A stretch of DNA of 51,662 bases from NCBI RefSeq assembly GCF_006345805.1, contig NW_021834211.1:1-51662 (forward strand), written 5' to 3'. Position 1 is the stretch's first letter, and each line of letters begins with the position of its first letter. The stretch comes from Octopus sinensis. Lineage: Eukaryota. This document shows positions 27,018 through 39,795 of the stretch, piece by piece. Position numbers and translations under genes: made by a program. Below the pieces are notes generated by a model. It was not told where the DNA came from, did not search any database, and worked only from the letters and a program-made list of their open reading frames with translations.

Positions 27018-27425
27018 GCTCTTTTACTCTTATTCTTGTGTTTCATCAGTTGACTGCGGCCATGCTGGAGCACCGTCTTGACCGGTTTTAGTCGAAAAGA
27101 TCCACCCTAGAAATTATATTTTTTTAAAGCCTGGTACTTATTGTATCGTTCTCTTTTTACCGAACCGCTACGTGACGGGGACGGAAATACACCAACACCG
27201 GTTGTCAAGCGGTTATGGTGGGGACGAGCACACATACACACACACACGCGCGCGCTAACATATGCGACGGGCTTCTTACAGTTTCCGTCTACCAAATCCA
27301 CTCACAAGGCTTTGGTCGGCTCGAGGCTATACTAGAAGACACTTGCCTAAGGTGCCATGCAGTGGGACTGAACGCGGAACCATGTGATTGGGAAACAACC
27401 TTCTTATCACGCAGCCACGCCTGTG
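26280..27425 (-). mobile_element. Cluster of three older family A SINE copies (26280-26680, 26700-26900, 27020-27425)
   Basis: Repeated gccatgctggagcacc, gaaccgctaagttacg and ccaaatccactcacaaggc anchors. Confidence 0.8.
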
Positions 27426-27689
27426 TCTATAAATATCTAATTGCGTGTGTGTGTGCGCGCCCGTCTGTATGTGGATGTGTGCGCGCGTGTGTGTGTGTGT
27501 GTGTTTAGTTTTTAATCTAAGTTTGTGTGTCTGCATTTGTGAGTGATATTAGTCTGTGTACGTGTGTGTGTTCATTTTAATCTTCATGTGTGTATACTTC
27601 TGTGTGTGCGTTTTCGGTCTATGGATGTGTTGTGTGTATGTATGTTCATGTCCATGTATTTGTGTATTTGCGTGTGTGTGTGTGTGTGC

Positions 27690-29320
27690 GTGTGTGTGTA
27701 AGTGTGTGTGTGTGTGTTGTGTTTGTATCATTTTTCACGTTTTTTTTTTCCTTCGATGTGCTTTTAATATTTCATCATTTGCGTGTGGTTTTGGTCCGTG
27801 TGTCGTCTGTTCGTGTGCATACGTGCTAGTGTGTATATACGTATTCATATACACGTTTGTATACGTTCACGTATGTGTTGTTTGCTTTCATCAATCCGTC
27901 GGCGCGTTCACTCACACACTCGCGCGCACACCTACACAATCTCTCTCTCTCACTCTCTCTCTCACTCACTCTCTCACTCACTCTCACTCACTCACTCACT
28001 CACCTCACTCACTCACTCACTCACTCACTCACTCACTCACATCACTCACTCACTCACTCACTCTCACTCTCACTCACTCACCTCACTCACTCTCTCTCTC
28101 ACTCACTCTCTCTCACTCACTCATCTCTCTCTCACTCTTTCACTCACTCTCTCACTCACTCACTCTCTCACTCACTCACTCACTCACTCACTCACTCTCA
28201 ATCACTCACTCTCCCTCTCACTCACTCACTCTCTCTCAATCACTCACTCTCACTCACTCACTCACTCAATCACTCTCTCTCACTCACTCTCACTCACTCA
28301 CTCACTCTCACTCTCTCTCACTCAATCACTCTCTCTCACTCTCTCACTCACTCTCTCTCTCTCTCTCTCTCTCACTCACTCACTCACTCTCTCTCACTCT
28401 CTCTCTCTCTCTCACTCTCTCTCTGTCTTTCTCTCTGTATTTTTTACTTTTTGTGTACGTGTATATACATGTATGTGTATGTGTTTGGGTGTATCTGTGT
28501 GTGAGCGTGTGAGTATTTTTGTATGCGCGTGTGTGTGTGTGTGTGTGTGTGTGCGTGTGTGTGTAAGTGTGTGTGTGTTGTGTTTGTATCATTTTTCACG
28601 TTTTTTTTTCCTTCGATGTGCTTTTAATATTTCATCATTTGCGTGTGGTTTTGGTCCGTGTGTCGTCTGTTCGTGTGCATACGTGCTAGTGTGTATATAC
28701 GTATTCATATACACGTTTGTATACGTTCATGTATGTGTTGTTTGCTTTCATCAATCCGTCGGCGCGTTCACTCACACACTCGCGCGCACACCTACACAAT
28801 CTCTCTCTCTCACTCTCTCTCTCACTCACTCTCTCTCACACTCACTCACTCACTCACTCACTCACTCACTCACTCACTCACTCACTCTCACTCTCACTCA
28901 CTCACTCACTCACTCTCTCTCACTCACTCACTCTCTCTCACTCACTCACTCTCTCTCTCTCTCTCACTCACTCTCTCACTCACTCACTCACTCACTCACT
29001 CACTCATCACTCACTCACTCTCAATCACTCACTCTCCCTCTCACTCACTCACTCTCTCAATCACTCACTCTCCCTCTCACTCACTCACTCACTCACTCTC
29101 TCTCACTCAATCACTCTCTCTCACTCTCTCACTCACTCACTCTCTCTCTCTCTCTCACTCACTCACTCACTCACTCTCTCTCACTCTCTCTCTGTCTTTC
29201 TCTCTGTATTTTTTACTTTTTGTGTACGTGTATATACATGTATGTGTATGTGTTTGGGTGTATCTGTGTGTGAGCGTGTGAGTATTTTTGTATGCGCGTG
29301 TGTGTGTGTGTGTGTGTGTG
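27690..29320. repeat. Tandem duplication of a ~0.8-kb unit containing a (TCAC)n/(TC)n tract (junction ~28550)
   Basis: 27720-27960 is almost identical to 28580-28820, and 28425-28530 to 29195-29300. Confidence 0.92.
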
Positions 29321-29804
29321 TGTTCGTTCACCTGCATTCACCTGTGTGTTTTTGTCCGGAGAAGAAGTACACACGAGTGAGTGTTCGTTACTACTTTGCG
29401 TATATTATTATCTTTATAGGAATTGATGTGATCTATGAGTCTATCTGTTTGTCAATAGAATTTTTTTTCTTATCTTCATCTAATTAATTTCTGCCGGTAA
29501 AACATTGTTTTCGTCTGAAAAAAAACAATGTTTTATCATTTTTTTTTTTTTACCTTTCTCATTCTGTGTTCCAATTACTTTAAAATTTATTAACGAGTCT
29601 CAATTTTATTATTATTATCTTTTTTCATTTAGTGTCTCGACTTAGGTATTTATTTGTCCTCGACTGAAAATATCTCTCTTCTTGTTGTTGCTCGCTTGTT
29701 TAGCCCCAGGTAAACAATGACCGACCGAATGAATATCGAATGGACTTATAACCAAAGACATTCCAGCTGTGACCCCATACTCTAATTTTATATATAACTA
29801 GTAC

Positions 29805-30228
29805 TTACTCTTTACTCTTTTACTTTGTTTCAGTCATTTGATTGTGGCCATGCTGGCGCATCACCTTTTTTTAGTCGAGCAAATCGACTCCCAGGACATA
29901 TTCTTTGTGTAAGCCTATTACTAATTCTATCGGGTCTCTTTTGCCGAACAGCTATGTTACGGAGACGTAAACACACCAGCATCGGTTGTCAAGCGTTGTT
30001 GGGGGGGGGGCAAACACAGACACACAAACATATATACACACACATACATATATATATATATACATATATACGACGGGCTTCTTTCAGTTTCCGTCTGCCA
30101 AATCCACTCACAAGGCTTTGGTCGGCCCGAGGCTATAGGAGAAGACACTTGCCCAAGGTGCCACGCAGTGGGACCGAACCCGGAACCATGTGGTTCGTAA
30201 GCAAGCTACTTACCACACAACCACTCCT
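29805..30228 (-). mobile_element. Family A SINE, full length
   Basis: Ends ccactcct (head aggagtgg on minus); collinear with other copies. Confidence 0.9.
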
Positions 30229-30911
30229 ACTTCTAGTATTCTATGTAACTTTTCCTTTTCCCTTTTTTTAAACTGTTGGATGTGATGTATCAGAGATACG
30301 ATAGCATTTTCACAGATCTTTAGCATCTTCACAGAGGCTACCACGCTGTTAAGTGTGAACGTGTAAACTGTACGGGCAGACGACACGTCTGTCGTCTGCT
30401 TGTTACGTTGATCGAATTGTGCAATGGGCGAGGGAGATAGATGGCAGTAAAGAGATGGTAGTCTCCAGCCTTAGATTAATCCTGAACAAGAAGACCTACT
30501 TATGATCAAAGATGTTCCAGTCATGACCTTCTCCTTCAGTTTATTTATTGAATTGATTTCCATCGATTTCGGCGATGTGTATTGAGTCGTTCGTTCAACT
30601 GAACTACTTTAACTATCTGCTCACCAACTATAGAGTATAGGTCACTGAACATTCCACAGACACCTATACCCTTATCATAATTCTCAGGGAGAATCAGGGT
30701 GCTACACAATGTGTGACAAAGCTGGGTTTTTTTTTCTTACAGGTACAGCTCATCCCAAACAGATTGAGGTGATTAGGCGCAGCTGTTTTTAATTGCTTGA
30801 TGATATGGTACGACAGATATGGCATTTCGTCTGTTTTGGAGATAGTGCTTTTTGGTATTGGAGACGAAGGAACTCACATACATACGCAAACATACACGCA
30901 TACACACATGC

Positions 30912-30981
<70 letters not shown>

Positions 30982-31307
30982 ACATAAGAACGCACGCGCA
31001 GGATTATACACGTTCAGAGGGAAGGAGAGAGAAAGTGAGAGAGAGAGAGAATTTACGATTTATTGATTGAACAAGATTGGCATAACACATTCCCTCTCTT
31101 CATACACATACACAGAGAAATATGTCCGCAAGCACAAAAAAGATAGAGTGGGGCGCGAGAAAGGGGGAGAGAGGGAGAGAGATGGACGGAGAAGCGAGTG
31201 AAACATTAAAACATTTTATGTCAAATAAGTTAGCATTGAATAAGCGACACCATAACGGTCTTACACCCAATCTGAAGGGCTTTGTTTGTTGATGCTGTTG
31301 TGATGTT

Positions 31308-31612
31308 TACCTCTTTACTCTTTTTTTTTCTCTTTTACTTGTTTCAGTCATTTGACTGCGGCCATGCTGGAGCACCGCCTTTAGTCGAGCAAATCGACCC
31401 CGGGACTTATTCTTTGTAAGCCCAGTACTTATTCTATCGGTCTCTTTTGCCGAACCGCTAAGTGACGGGGACGTAAACACACCAGCATCGGTTGTCAAGC
31501 AATACTAGTGGGACAAACAGACACACAAACACACACGCACATATATATATATATATATACGACGGTTATCAAGCGATGTTGGGGGGGGACAAACACAGAC
31601 ACACAAACACAT

Positions 31613-31654
<42 letters not shown>

Positions 31655-31812
31655 GACAGGCTTCTTTCAGTTTCCGTCTACCAAATCCACTCACAAGGCA
31701 TTGGTCGGCCCGGGGCTATAGCAGAAGACACTTGCCCAAGATGCCACGCAGTGGGACTGAACCCGGAACCATATGGTTGGTTAGCAAGCTACTTACCACA
31801 CACCCACTCCTG
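31308..31812 (-). mobile_element. Family A SINE with a duplicated middle segment
   Basis: The ggttgtcaagc...ggacaaac..gacacacaaac-microsatellite block occurs twice. Confidence 0.88.
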
Positions 31813-32193
31813 AGCCTATAGATTTTTTTTTCCAGGTTTTATTTTTGTAGTCCTCACCTGGCAGTTATTCAAGACGGACAATAACTGCATCAATCACACA
31901 AGTGTCGGAACCCTTGAAAAAGCAAAGGGCACGAACCCCTCCATCAAAATGACAGAAGCAAGTATGTGAGCTTTTAATCTTTTACCCTTTTACTTGATTC
32001 TGTCATTGGACTGCGGCCATACTGGAGCACCGCATTGAACTGCTTTGTAGGACAAATCAGCCCCGGTTTTTATCATTTCGTTTTTTTTTTTAATTCCGGT
32101 ACTTATTCAAACGGAATCTTTGACCGAACCGCTCGAGGACGTAAACACAGCAACACCGGTTGTCAAGTGGTTGTAATAGGACAAACACATACA

Positions 32194-32230
<37 letters not shown>

Positions 32231-32266
32231 ACAAATATATATATACATATACGCATACATATATAA

Positions 32267-32497
32267 AAGCGGCGAGCTGGCAGAAACATTAGCACGCCGG
32301 GCGACCTGCGTAGCCGTATTTTGTCTGCTGTTACGTTCTGAGTTCAAATTCCGCCGAGGTCGACTTTGCCTTTCATCCTTTCGGGGTCGATAAATTAAGT
32401 ACCAGTTACGCACTGGGGTCGATGTAATCGACTTAATCCCTTTGTCTGTCCTTGTTTGCCCACTCTGTGTTTAGCCCCTTGTGGGTAGTAAAGAAAT
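32267..32497 (+). mobile_element. Family B SINE, full length, inserted in the microsatellite of an antisense family A copy (31980-32680)
   Basis: gcggcgagctggcagaaac head, GAGTTCAAATTCC B box, tail gtgggtagtaaagaaata. Confidence 0.88.
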
Positions 32498-32685
32498 ATA
32501 TATATGTATGTGTGCATGTGTGTGACGGGCTTCCATACAGTTTCCACCCACCAAATTCACTCACGTGGCATTAGTCGCCCCTGGACAATTATAGAAGACA
32601 CGTATTACAAAGATGCCGCGCAGTAGAGCTGAACTCGAAACCGAGTGATTGCAAAGGAGCTTCTCACCCACAGAGCCACGTTGAG

Positions 32686-32723
<38 letters not shown>

Positions 32724-32959
32724 ATAAACTTTGTCTGTTGCTTAAAGTCTTGTTGATTTTTATTATCCTCTCGTAGTCGACAGATGTTGAAATCATTTAA
32801 ATTTCCGGTTTTCTTGTTTAACATATTGATCTTTTTCGTTTAATCTGTCTAAACAAGTTATCGGAAGCTGTATTACCTGTTGCTAATTAATAAAATATCG
32901 CTATTTTCATTTTATTTGCCGTTTACAATATTCTTTTACCGGTCGTTACCGAACTATTA

Positions 32960-33360
32960 TTATTTTCTACTCTAGGCACAAGGTCCGAAATTTTGGGGGA
33001 GGGGCACCAGTTGCTTACATCGACCCCAGTACGCAACTGGTACTCAATTTATCGACCCCGAAAAAATGAAAGGCAAAGTTGACCTCGGCGGAATTTGAAC
33101 TCACAACGTAATGGCAGACGAAATACCTATTTCTTTATTACCCACAAGGGGCTAAACACAGAGGGGACAAACAAGGACAGACAAACGGATTAAGTCGATT
33201 ATATCGACCCTAGTGCGTAACTAGTACTTATTTAATCGACCCCGAAATGATGAAAGGCAAAATCGATCTCGGTGGAATTTGAACTCAGAATGTAACGGCA
33301 GACGAAATACTGCGAAGCATTTCGCCCGGCGTGCTAACGTTTCTGCTAGCTCGCCGCCTT
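32960..33360 (-). mobile_element. Two family B SINE copies (one nested in or adjacent to the other)
   Basis: The ggaatttgaactca and atcgaccccgaaa anchors occur twice. Confidence 0.85.
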
Positions 33361-33879
33361 AATTTTAACACGTTGTAGAGTCTGTGTTAGAGGGTAGATA
33401 AGGCCAGTTTGAATATGAAACAGCTAGGATGTTGGTTCTGACTTGGTCGATTTAAATGTTGAAACAGTGGTTCTCAGCATTTGCAGCCTCCATTTTCTCC
33501 CTATTTACATGTATATATGAATAGAAATACATTTAAATACATAAGAGGTATCCTTCATAGGATTCCTTTCACGTTAGAAGGAACAGCTAAAGTCCAAACC
33601 ACTATTTGGGATAAAAACTCGAAAGGAATGAAAAATTTCTTGGACCATGGTTTCTGACTTTTTTTAGCAAAGAAAATAATTTGCTAGGCGAAGTCTTCAT
33701 CAACAGGTACGCTTAGATTAAGCATATAAGTACGAGGCAATCCAGCATGTGCCTCTTGCTTATACATAATTTTTCAAATCCACCGCGCTAGCGTAGTCTT
33801 TCGTCGGTAGCAAAATATACCGGCATTTCTTCAAACAATTCTCCAGAAAAAATATATGTATATATATATGTATATTTTG

Positions 33880-33921
<42 letters not shown>

Positions 33922-34943
33922 TGTATGTATTTTGTAAAACCCAAGCGGTTTTATTTGTTTATATATATATGTGTGTGTGTATGTGTGTGTGTGTGTGTGT
34001 TTCAGTTTTGTCTTCCGCCACCACTTGAAAGCTGGTGTTGGTTTGTTTACGTCCCCGTAATTTAGCGGTTCGGTCTAAAGGGTCCGAAAGAATAAGTACC
34101 AGGCTTCAAAGAAAGAAACAAAAATAAAATAAATTACAATAAATTAAAATAAAATGAAAAAAAATTAAGCATAGGATCCATTCATTCGACTAAAACTTCT
34201 TCAAGGCGATGCCCCAGCTTGACCGCAGTCCAGCGACTGAAACAAAAAAAAGATAGAAAATAAAAGATAAAAAAGTTAAAAAAAAAACACCAACTCCAGG
34301 TTGGACGGACAATTGCTAAATTCCCATGGCGGTTAAAATCTAGAGTTTATTTTGTGGACGCACAAAATTGGAAGAGAGATTGAGTGATAGTAAGAGGATG
34401 GGGCAGTAAAGAGGTGGAGGCCTCTGAAAGCAAAGTGAATGGCGTCGAGGAAGGAGAAATTTATGTAGCTGTGTTCAGAAGATAATGGACGGGCGGGATA
34501 GGGTGACCTGTCAGCATCCATGCGATAGCCATTTTAACCATACGATAGCTATTTTATAAGGCTATCTTATGAATCTATCTATGCTTCACTAGTGTTCGGA
34601 TTCAGACAGACACACATACATATACAAAAATACATACCGACACATAAGCACATACACATAAAGACACACACACTTAGACACCAATACACACACGCTCTCT
34701 TTTCGTCTCTCTCTCCTTTCTTTCCTCTCGCTCTTTTCTCTCTATCTTTCTCCCCTCTTACCCGCTGTCTACCTCTCACCTCTTATACACCCCTCTCTTT
34801 CAATCACACTTTCTTACAAAACTGCCCATTTCAAGCTTTCGCGTCCTGTACTTTGAAGTACCTAAATATCTTTCAATATAGACACACACACATGTACATA
34901 CATACATACATACATACATACATACATACATACATACATACAT

Positions 34944-34975
<32 letters not shown>

Positions 34976-35265
34976 CCACACACATACATATATATATAAT
35001 AATATATATATATATATATATATATATTCAAGATTAATCAGCCGAAATTGCGAAGGTGTTTTTTTTTGTATCGTCTTCTAAATGTTTCACGTTCTTGTCC
35101 CAGTTTGTATGATTTTTACATTTACACACACACACAACACACACACACACACACACCACACATATATATATATCTATAATGTAGGTCCCGGGTTGAGTCG
35201 GGGTTAACCACAGTTAATAAGGTACTCAATACATAGCAGAGTAAATTAATTTATTTTATAGAAGG

Positions 35266-35316
35266 AGCTTCTACAGGACTAGAACTGTTTCCTTCAGATG
35301 AAATCTTCAGGAAGCT
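35266..35316 (-). ncRNA. Type I hammerhead ribozyme motif (mirror copy)
   Basis: agcttc-CTGAAGA-tttc atct gaag-GAAACAG ttctagtc CTGTA-gaagct; stem II is closed by a U.G pair. Confidence 0.78.
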
Positions 35317-35363
35317 TCCTGAAGATTTCATTTGAATGAAACAGTTCTAGTCCTGTAGAAGCT
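35313..35363 (+). ncRNA. Type I hammerhead ribozyme motif
   Basis: agcttc-CTGAAGA-t ttc attt gaa t-GAA-ACAG ttctagtc CTGT-A-gaagct. Stem I 6 bp, stem III 4 bp, GUA site after 35357. Confidence 0.75.
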
Positions 35364-35382
35364 CCTTCTATAAAATAAATAA

Positions 35383-35417
<35 letters not shown>

Positions 35418-35429
35418 ATATACCTTATA

Positions 35430-35870
35430 ACACCCTCACTTCTAATAAAAGAAAGGGACTATATTACCAATTTTGAGTTGGAATCGGACAACTTCTATGG
35501 CTTACCCAACATACGTAATCAAAAGAAATACAGAACACTATGAAAGAACAAGGTCGTGAATACATAAAACTGCTACAACCAAAAGACCTTAAACTAAGAC
35601 CCATTATAGCTGGTCCAGCCTGCCTTACACATCGTCTGAACAACCTCCTTGATATTATCCTAAAACCAATATGGAATCACATACCCAGTTTCATTCGGGA
35701 TGACATCGATTTTCTGTCACATCTACCCAAAACAACAGAATCATATTCACCGATAGTTAGTTTTGATGTAACAAACTTATATAGACGAATATTCCACATG
35801 ATTTGGGACTTACTGGCTTAAAATATTGGATCGAGAAACATAGAGAAGCGATCCCCAGTAGATTTACTGT
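35430..35870 (+). pseudogene. Penelope-like element reverse transcriptase fragment (frameshifted)
   Basis: NFYGLPNIR / DLKLRPIIAGPACLTHRLNNLLDIILKP / SFIRDDIDFL / IVSFDVTNLY, then after a frameshift NIPHDLGLTGLKYWIEKH: the N-terminal PLE RT motifs in order. Confidence 0.9.
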
Positions 35871-36058
35871 AAAGTTAACATTTTCGTTAACGATTTAATT
35901 TTTAAATTAATTTTGAAAATCAGTATCGGACTAATTAACTTCCGTTACATTTAGTTTCCGTTAACCCAAGTCCGTTAACCCCAAAATTTCATAAAGACGA
36001 GTGCTTCTGTCATTTTCCGTTTGCCAAGATGGCGGTTCGGCAAAAGTTAACGAAAGAA

Positions 36059-37044
36059 GGCATTCTTTCGATATAACTCGACAAAATCAGAACTTTTCTT
36101 TCGGGTATTTCCGTGGGTTGTGGAGTATAGGTATAACGAAATTATGTCAGCAATGGTGAAGACGAGATGGTGAAGATGCCAACGACCGCTTTGTTCAAAG
36201 CCTCCCTTGACCTCAAGTGGCCTGAACTCTTTACATGAACACCACCCTGTACTTAACTCCATGTCCCCCTACATGGTCTTGCTATTTGCTTTTGAGCCAA
36301 ATTAAAACTAACTAACTAACTAACATGTCTTATTTTAAACTTGAAGAAAAAAAGCCTTGCATATTTGTTCTTATCTGTTTCATGTATGTAGGTAAAATCC
36401 CCAAATTTCCAACCAGAAAACAGAGTCGAACTGTCATTTGCTTCCACGAAAATACTCGAAGTGAAATGTTCTGATTTTGTCGAGTTATATCGAAAGAATG
36501 CCCGATGGCATCTTTCGATATAACTCGACAAGGTTGAGACATTTCCCTTCAGCTATTTCAGTGGATTTTGGAGTATAGATATTACGCCAGCAATGTCTCA
36601 TTTTAAAATTGAAGAATTAAAACCTTGCATATTTATTTTTACATGTTTCTTGTGTCCATGTAAATTCCGCAAATTTCCAAGCAAAAAACGGAATCGAACT
36701 GTCATTTGTTTCCTCGAAAATCCCCGGCGAAGTGTTTTAATTTTGTCGAGTTATACCGAAAGATGTCTTCGGCCAATCTTTCGTTATTACTCGCCAATGT
36801 CGAGACATTTCACTTCGGCTATTACCTTGGATTCTACTGTTCAGATATTACGAAATTGTGCCAGCAATGTCTCATTTTAAACTTGAAGAATAAAAGACTT
36901 GCATATTTTTAAGTACCTGTTCTATGTGTTTATGTAAAATCCGCTAATGTCCAAGCAAAAAACGGAATCGAACTGTCATTTGCTTCCACGGAAATACCCG
37001 AAGTGAAGTGTTTTGATTTTGTCGAGTTATATCGAAAGAATGCC
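36059..37044. mobile_element. Tandem trimer of a ~270-bp GG-terminated MITE with a 9-bp TSD (Merlin- or Mutator-like)
   Basis: Outer TIRs ggcattctttcgatataactcgacaaaatca / tgattttgtcgagttatatcgaaagaatgcc. TSD acgaaagaa (36050-58) / acgacagaa (37045-53). Internal TIR-TIR junctions at ~36503 and ~36769. Splits a family A SINE fragment. Confidence 0.85.
36156..36324 (+). mobile_element. 3' end of a CR1/L2-group LINE inserted in MITE unit 1
   Basis: EDEMVKMPTTALFKASLDLKWPELFT* resembles the CR1-type ORF2 C-terminus; short 3'UTR and (TAAC)n tail; absent from units 2 and 3. Confidence 0.75.
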
Positions 37045-37222
37045 ACGACAGAATAAATACAAAGCTTAAAAGAAAAAGAAAAAAAAGGTACTGGGGTCGA
37101 TTCGTTCGACTAACATTCAAGGCGGTACTCCAGCATGGCCACAGTCTAATAACTGAAACAATGACAAAAAGCAAATGATGCAGACACACACACATACACA
37201 CACACACACAGAGTAAAAGATA

Positions 37223-37590
37223 GGCGCAAGAGTGGCTGTGTGGTAAGTAGCTTGCTTACCAACCACCTTGGGCAAGTGTCTTCTACTATAACCTCGGGTC
37301 GACCAAAGCCTTTGTGAGTGGATTTGGTAGACGGAAACTGAAAGAAGCCCGTCGTATATATGTATATATATATATATATATATGTATGCGTGTCTGTGTT
37401 TGTTCCCCCTAGCATTGCTTGACAACCGATGCTGGTGTGTTTATGTCCCCGTCACTTAGCGGTTCGGCAAAATAAGACCGATAGAATTACTACTAGGCTT
37501 ACAAAATAATAAGTCCCGGGGTCGAGTTGCTCGACTAAAGGCGGTGCTCCAGCATGGCCGCAGTCAAATGACTGAAACAATGAAAAAAAA
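37223..37590 (+). mobile_element. Family A SINE with the B-box region deleted
   Basis: The head jumps from accaaccac directly to cttgggcaag. Confidence 0.88.
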
Positions 37591-38182
37591 GATGCACACA
37601 CACACACACACCACACACACACACACACACACACCACACACACACAGGAGTAAAAGATAGAAGATATATGCATGCGTGTGTATGTGTTTGCTAGCATGTG
37701 TGTGTGTGTGTGTGTGTATGAGGGTTTGTGAGAATGCGACACCCCATGGTACCCGTCTCTTCTTCCCCGCTGCTGGACCAACACCTCTCCAGCAATGACA
37801 GACACGCCTTGTTTACCTTACCATTAACAACTTAGAATATATATGTAAGTTATTTTCTCATTTCTCTCTCACTCTCTCTTGACAGATACACTACTCCCCC
37901 CTCTCTCTCTCTATCTCTTTCTCTGTTGCTCTCATACTGCCATCTCCTCATTTGACCTTTGACCGCAACAACCTCCATGACCTCTCTCACGTGAAGCACT
38001 GTTATTTTTGCTTGATGGTAAATTAGTGTTCCCTCGTTTTTAATATCATCAGTGCGTATGTGTGCCTGTGCTTGTAAGTGATATGTGTGTTTATGTGAGC
38101 GTGTATATGCGTGTGTATGCATGTGTATGTGCGTGCGCATGATTTCTGTTTCTTTGTATGAAGCTGCGTATATATATATATA

Positions 38183-38396
38183 TTTTACTTGTTTCAGTCA
38201 TTTGACTGCGGCCATGCTGGAACACCGCCTTTAGTCGATCAAATCGACACCAGGACCTATTATTTGTAAGCATAGTACTTATTCGATCGGTCTCTTTTGC
38301 CGTACCGCTATGTTACGGGGACGTAAACACACCAGCATCGGTTGTCAAGCGATGTTGGGGGAAACAAACATAGACACACAAACATACATACATACA

Positions 38397-38430
<34 letters not shown>

Positions 38431-38443
38431 CATACATACATAC

Positions 38444-38474
<31 letters not shown>

Positions 38475-38638
38475 CATATATACGACGGGCTTCTTTCAGT
38501 TTCCGTCTACCAAATCCACTCACAAGGCTTTGGTCGGCCCGGGGCCATAGTAGAAGACACTTGCCCATGGTACCTTGCAGTGGTACTGAACCCGGAACCA
38601 TGTGGTTGGTAAGCAAGCTACTTACCACACAGCCATGC
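38183..38638 (-). mobile_element. Family A SINE, full length
   Basis: Collinear with other copies; (ACAT)n internal tract. Confidence 0.9.
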
Positions 38639-38956
38639 TTCGTATGTGTGTGTGTATGTGTGTGTATGCAGAAATACATGAATGTGCATATTTTAGTTTG
38701 TATGTGGCTGTATGTGTGCACATATTTATATGTGTGTTTATGTGAGTGTGCGTGTGTCTGTAACTGCATGTGTACGTTTGTGTGCATGTATAGCCATCAC
38801 TCTGTGAGTGAACGCCTATGATGTGTATGTGTATGTGTATGTGTATGTGTGTGTGTGTGTGTGTGCGCGCGCTCTCGTAATTCTGAGGCTTTGTGTTTAT
38901 AAGTACGTGTGTCTGTGTGTCCGAAACTGCTTGTGAATATCTATGAGCGTATGTAC

Positions 38957-38989
<33 letters not shown>

Positions 38990-39097
38990 TGTGTGTGTGT
39001 GTGTGTATGTATGCGTGTGTGTGTGTTTGTGTGTGTATGTGTGCTTGTGTGTGTGTGTATGTGTGTGTGTGTGTGTGTTTGTGTGTGTATGCGTGCA

Positions 39098-39128
<31 letters not shown>

Positions 39129-39795
39129 TTGTGTGTGTATGTGTGCATGTGTGTGTGTGTATGTGTGTGTGTGTGTGTGTTTGCGTGTTTGTGTATGTTT
39201 CTGAGTATGTGTGAATTTTGTTTTCCGTCGTTGTGTTCCCAGATCAATCGACCCTGTTGAGGATGATCTACAATCAAAAGTATTCCGACCGTGACCATTC
39301 CAATTATTTTTTTAATTGAGCAGTAAACCAAGTTCCACTGTATGCAACACATCGCAGTTTTCGCGGGCAGGAATTGATTGGAAGGATATTTTGCTGCTAT
39401 ATCTAGCAGATTGATCGACCACGTAGAGGTTCCTTCATTAGCTCTTGTGTGTAACTGTGTGCCTGCGTGGCGCATATGTGTATATGTGTGTATGCGCACG
39501 TGTGTGTGTGTGTGCGTGCGGATGAGCGCGAGTGTCGGCTTGGTTGTGAGTGTGTTCGTTTTTCAGCCACTTGGTTGTGCAGGTTCAGTCTTATTGTGCG
39601 ACACCCTGGATAAATGTCTTTTAATGGGTGCAGGCGTAGCTGTGTCGTAAAATGTTTGTTTTCCAGAGACATGGTTCTGGTTTCAGTACCATTGCGTAGC
39701 ACCTTGGACTAGTGTTTTCTATTATAGCCCCTGGCAAACTACAAATTTGATACTAGGTTTATTAGACGGAAACTAAAAGAAGCTCGTCCTAATAT

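Larger units (their letters stand above)
35180..35382. mobile_element. Penelope-like pseudo-LTR fold-back: 132-bp spacerless palindrome 35249-35380 plus a unique tail
   Basis: 66-bp arms centred on gaag|cttc (35314/35315) with 2 mismatches; (TA)n on both sides. Confidence 0.8.

Noticed and set aside
29825-30271. Recurring peptides [18 protein letters not shown] and [17 protein letters not shown] in many ORFs
   Set aside because: Conceptual translations of the family A SINE, not a protein family.
30372-30403. 14-bp hairpin (also a 15-bp imperfect hairpin at ~33725-33764)
   Set aside because: Too short for a pre-miRNA and no Helitron CTRR end nearby; no function can be supported.
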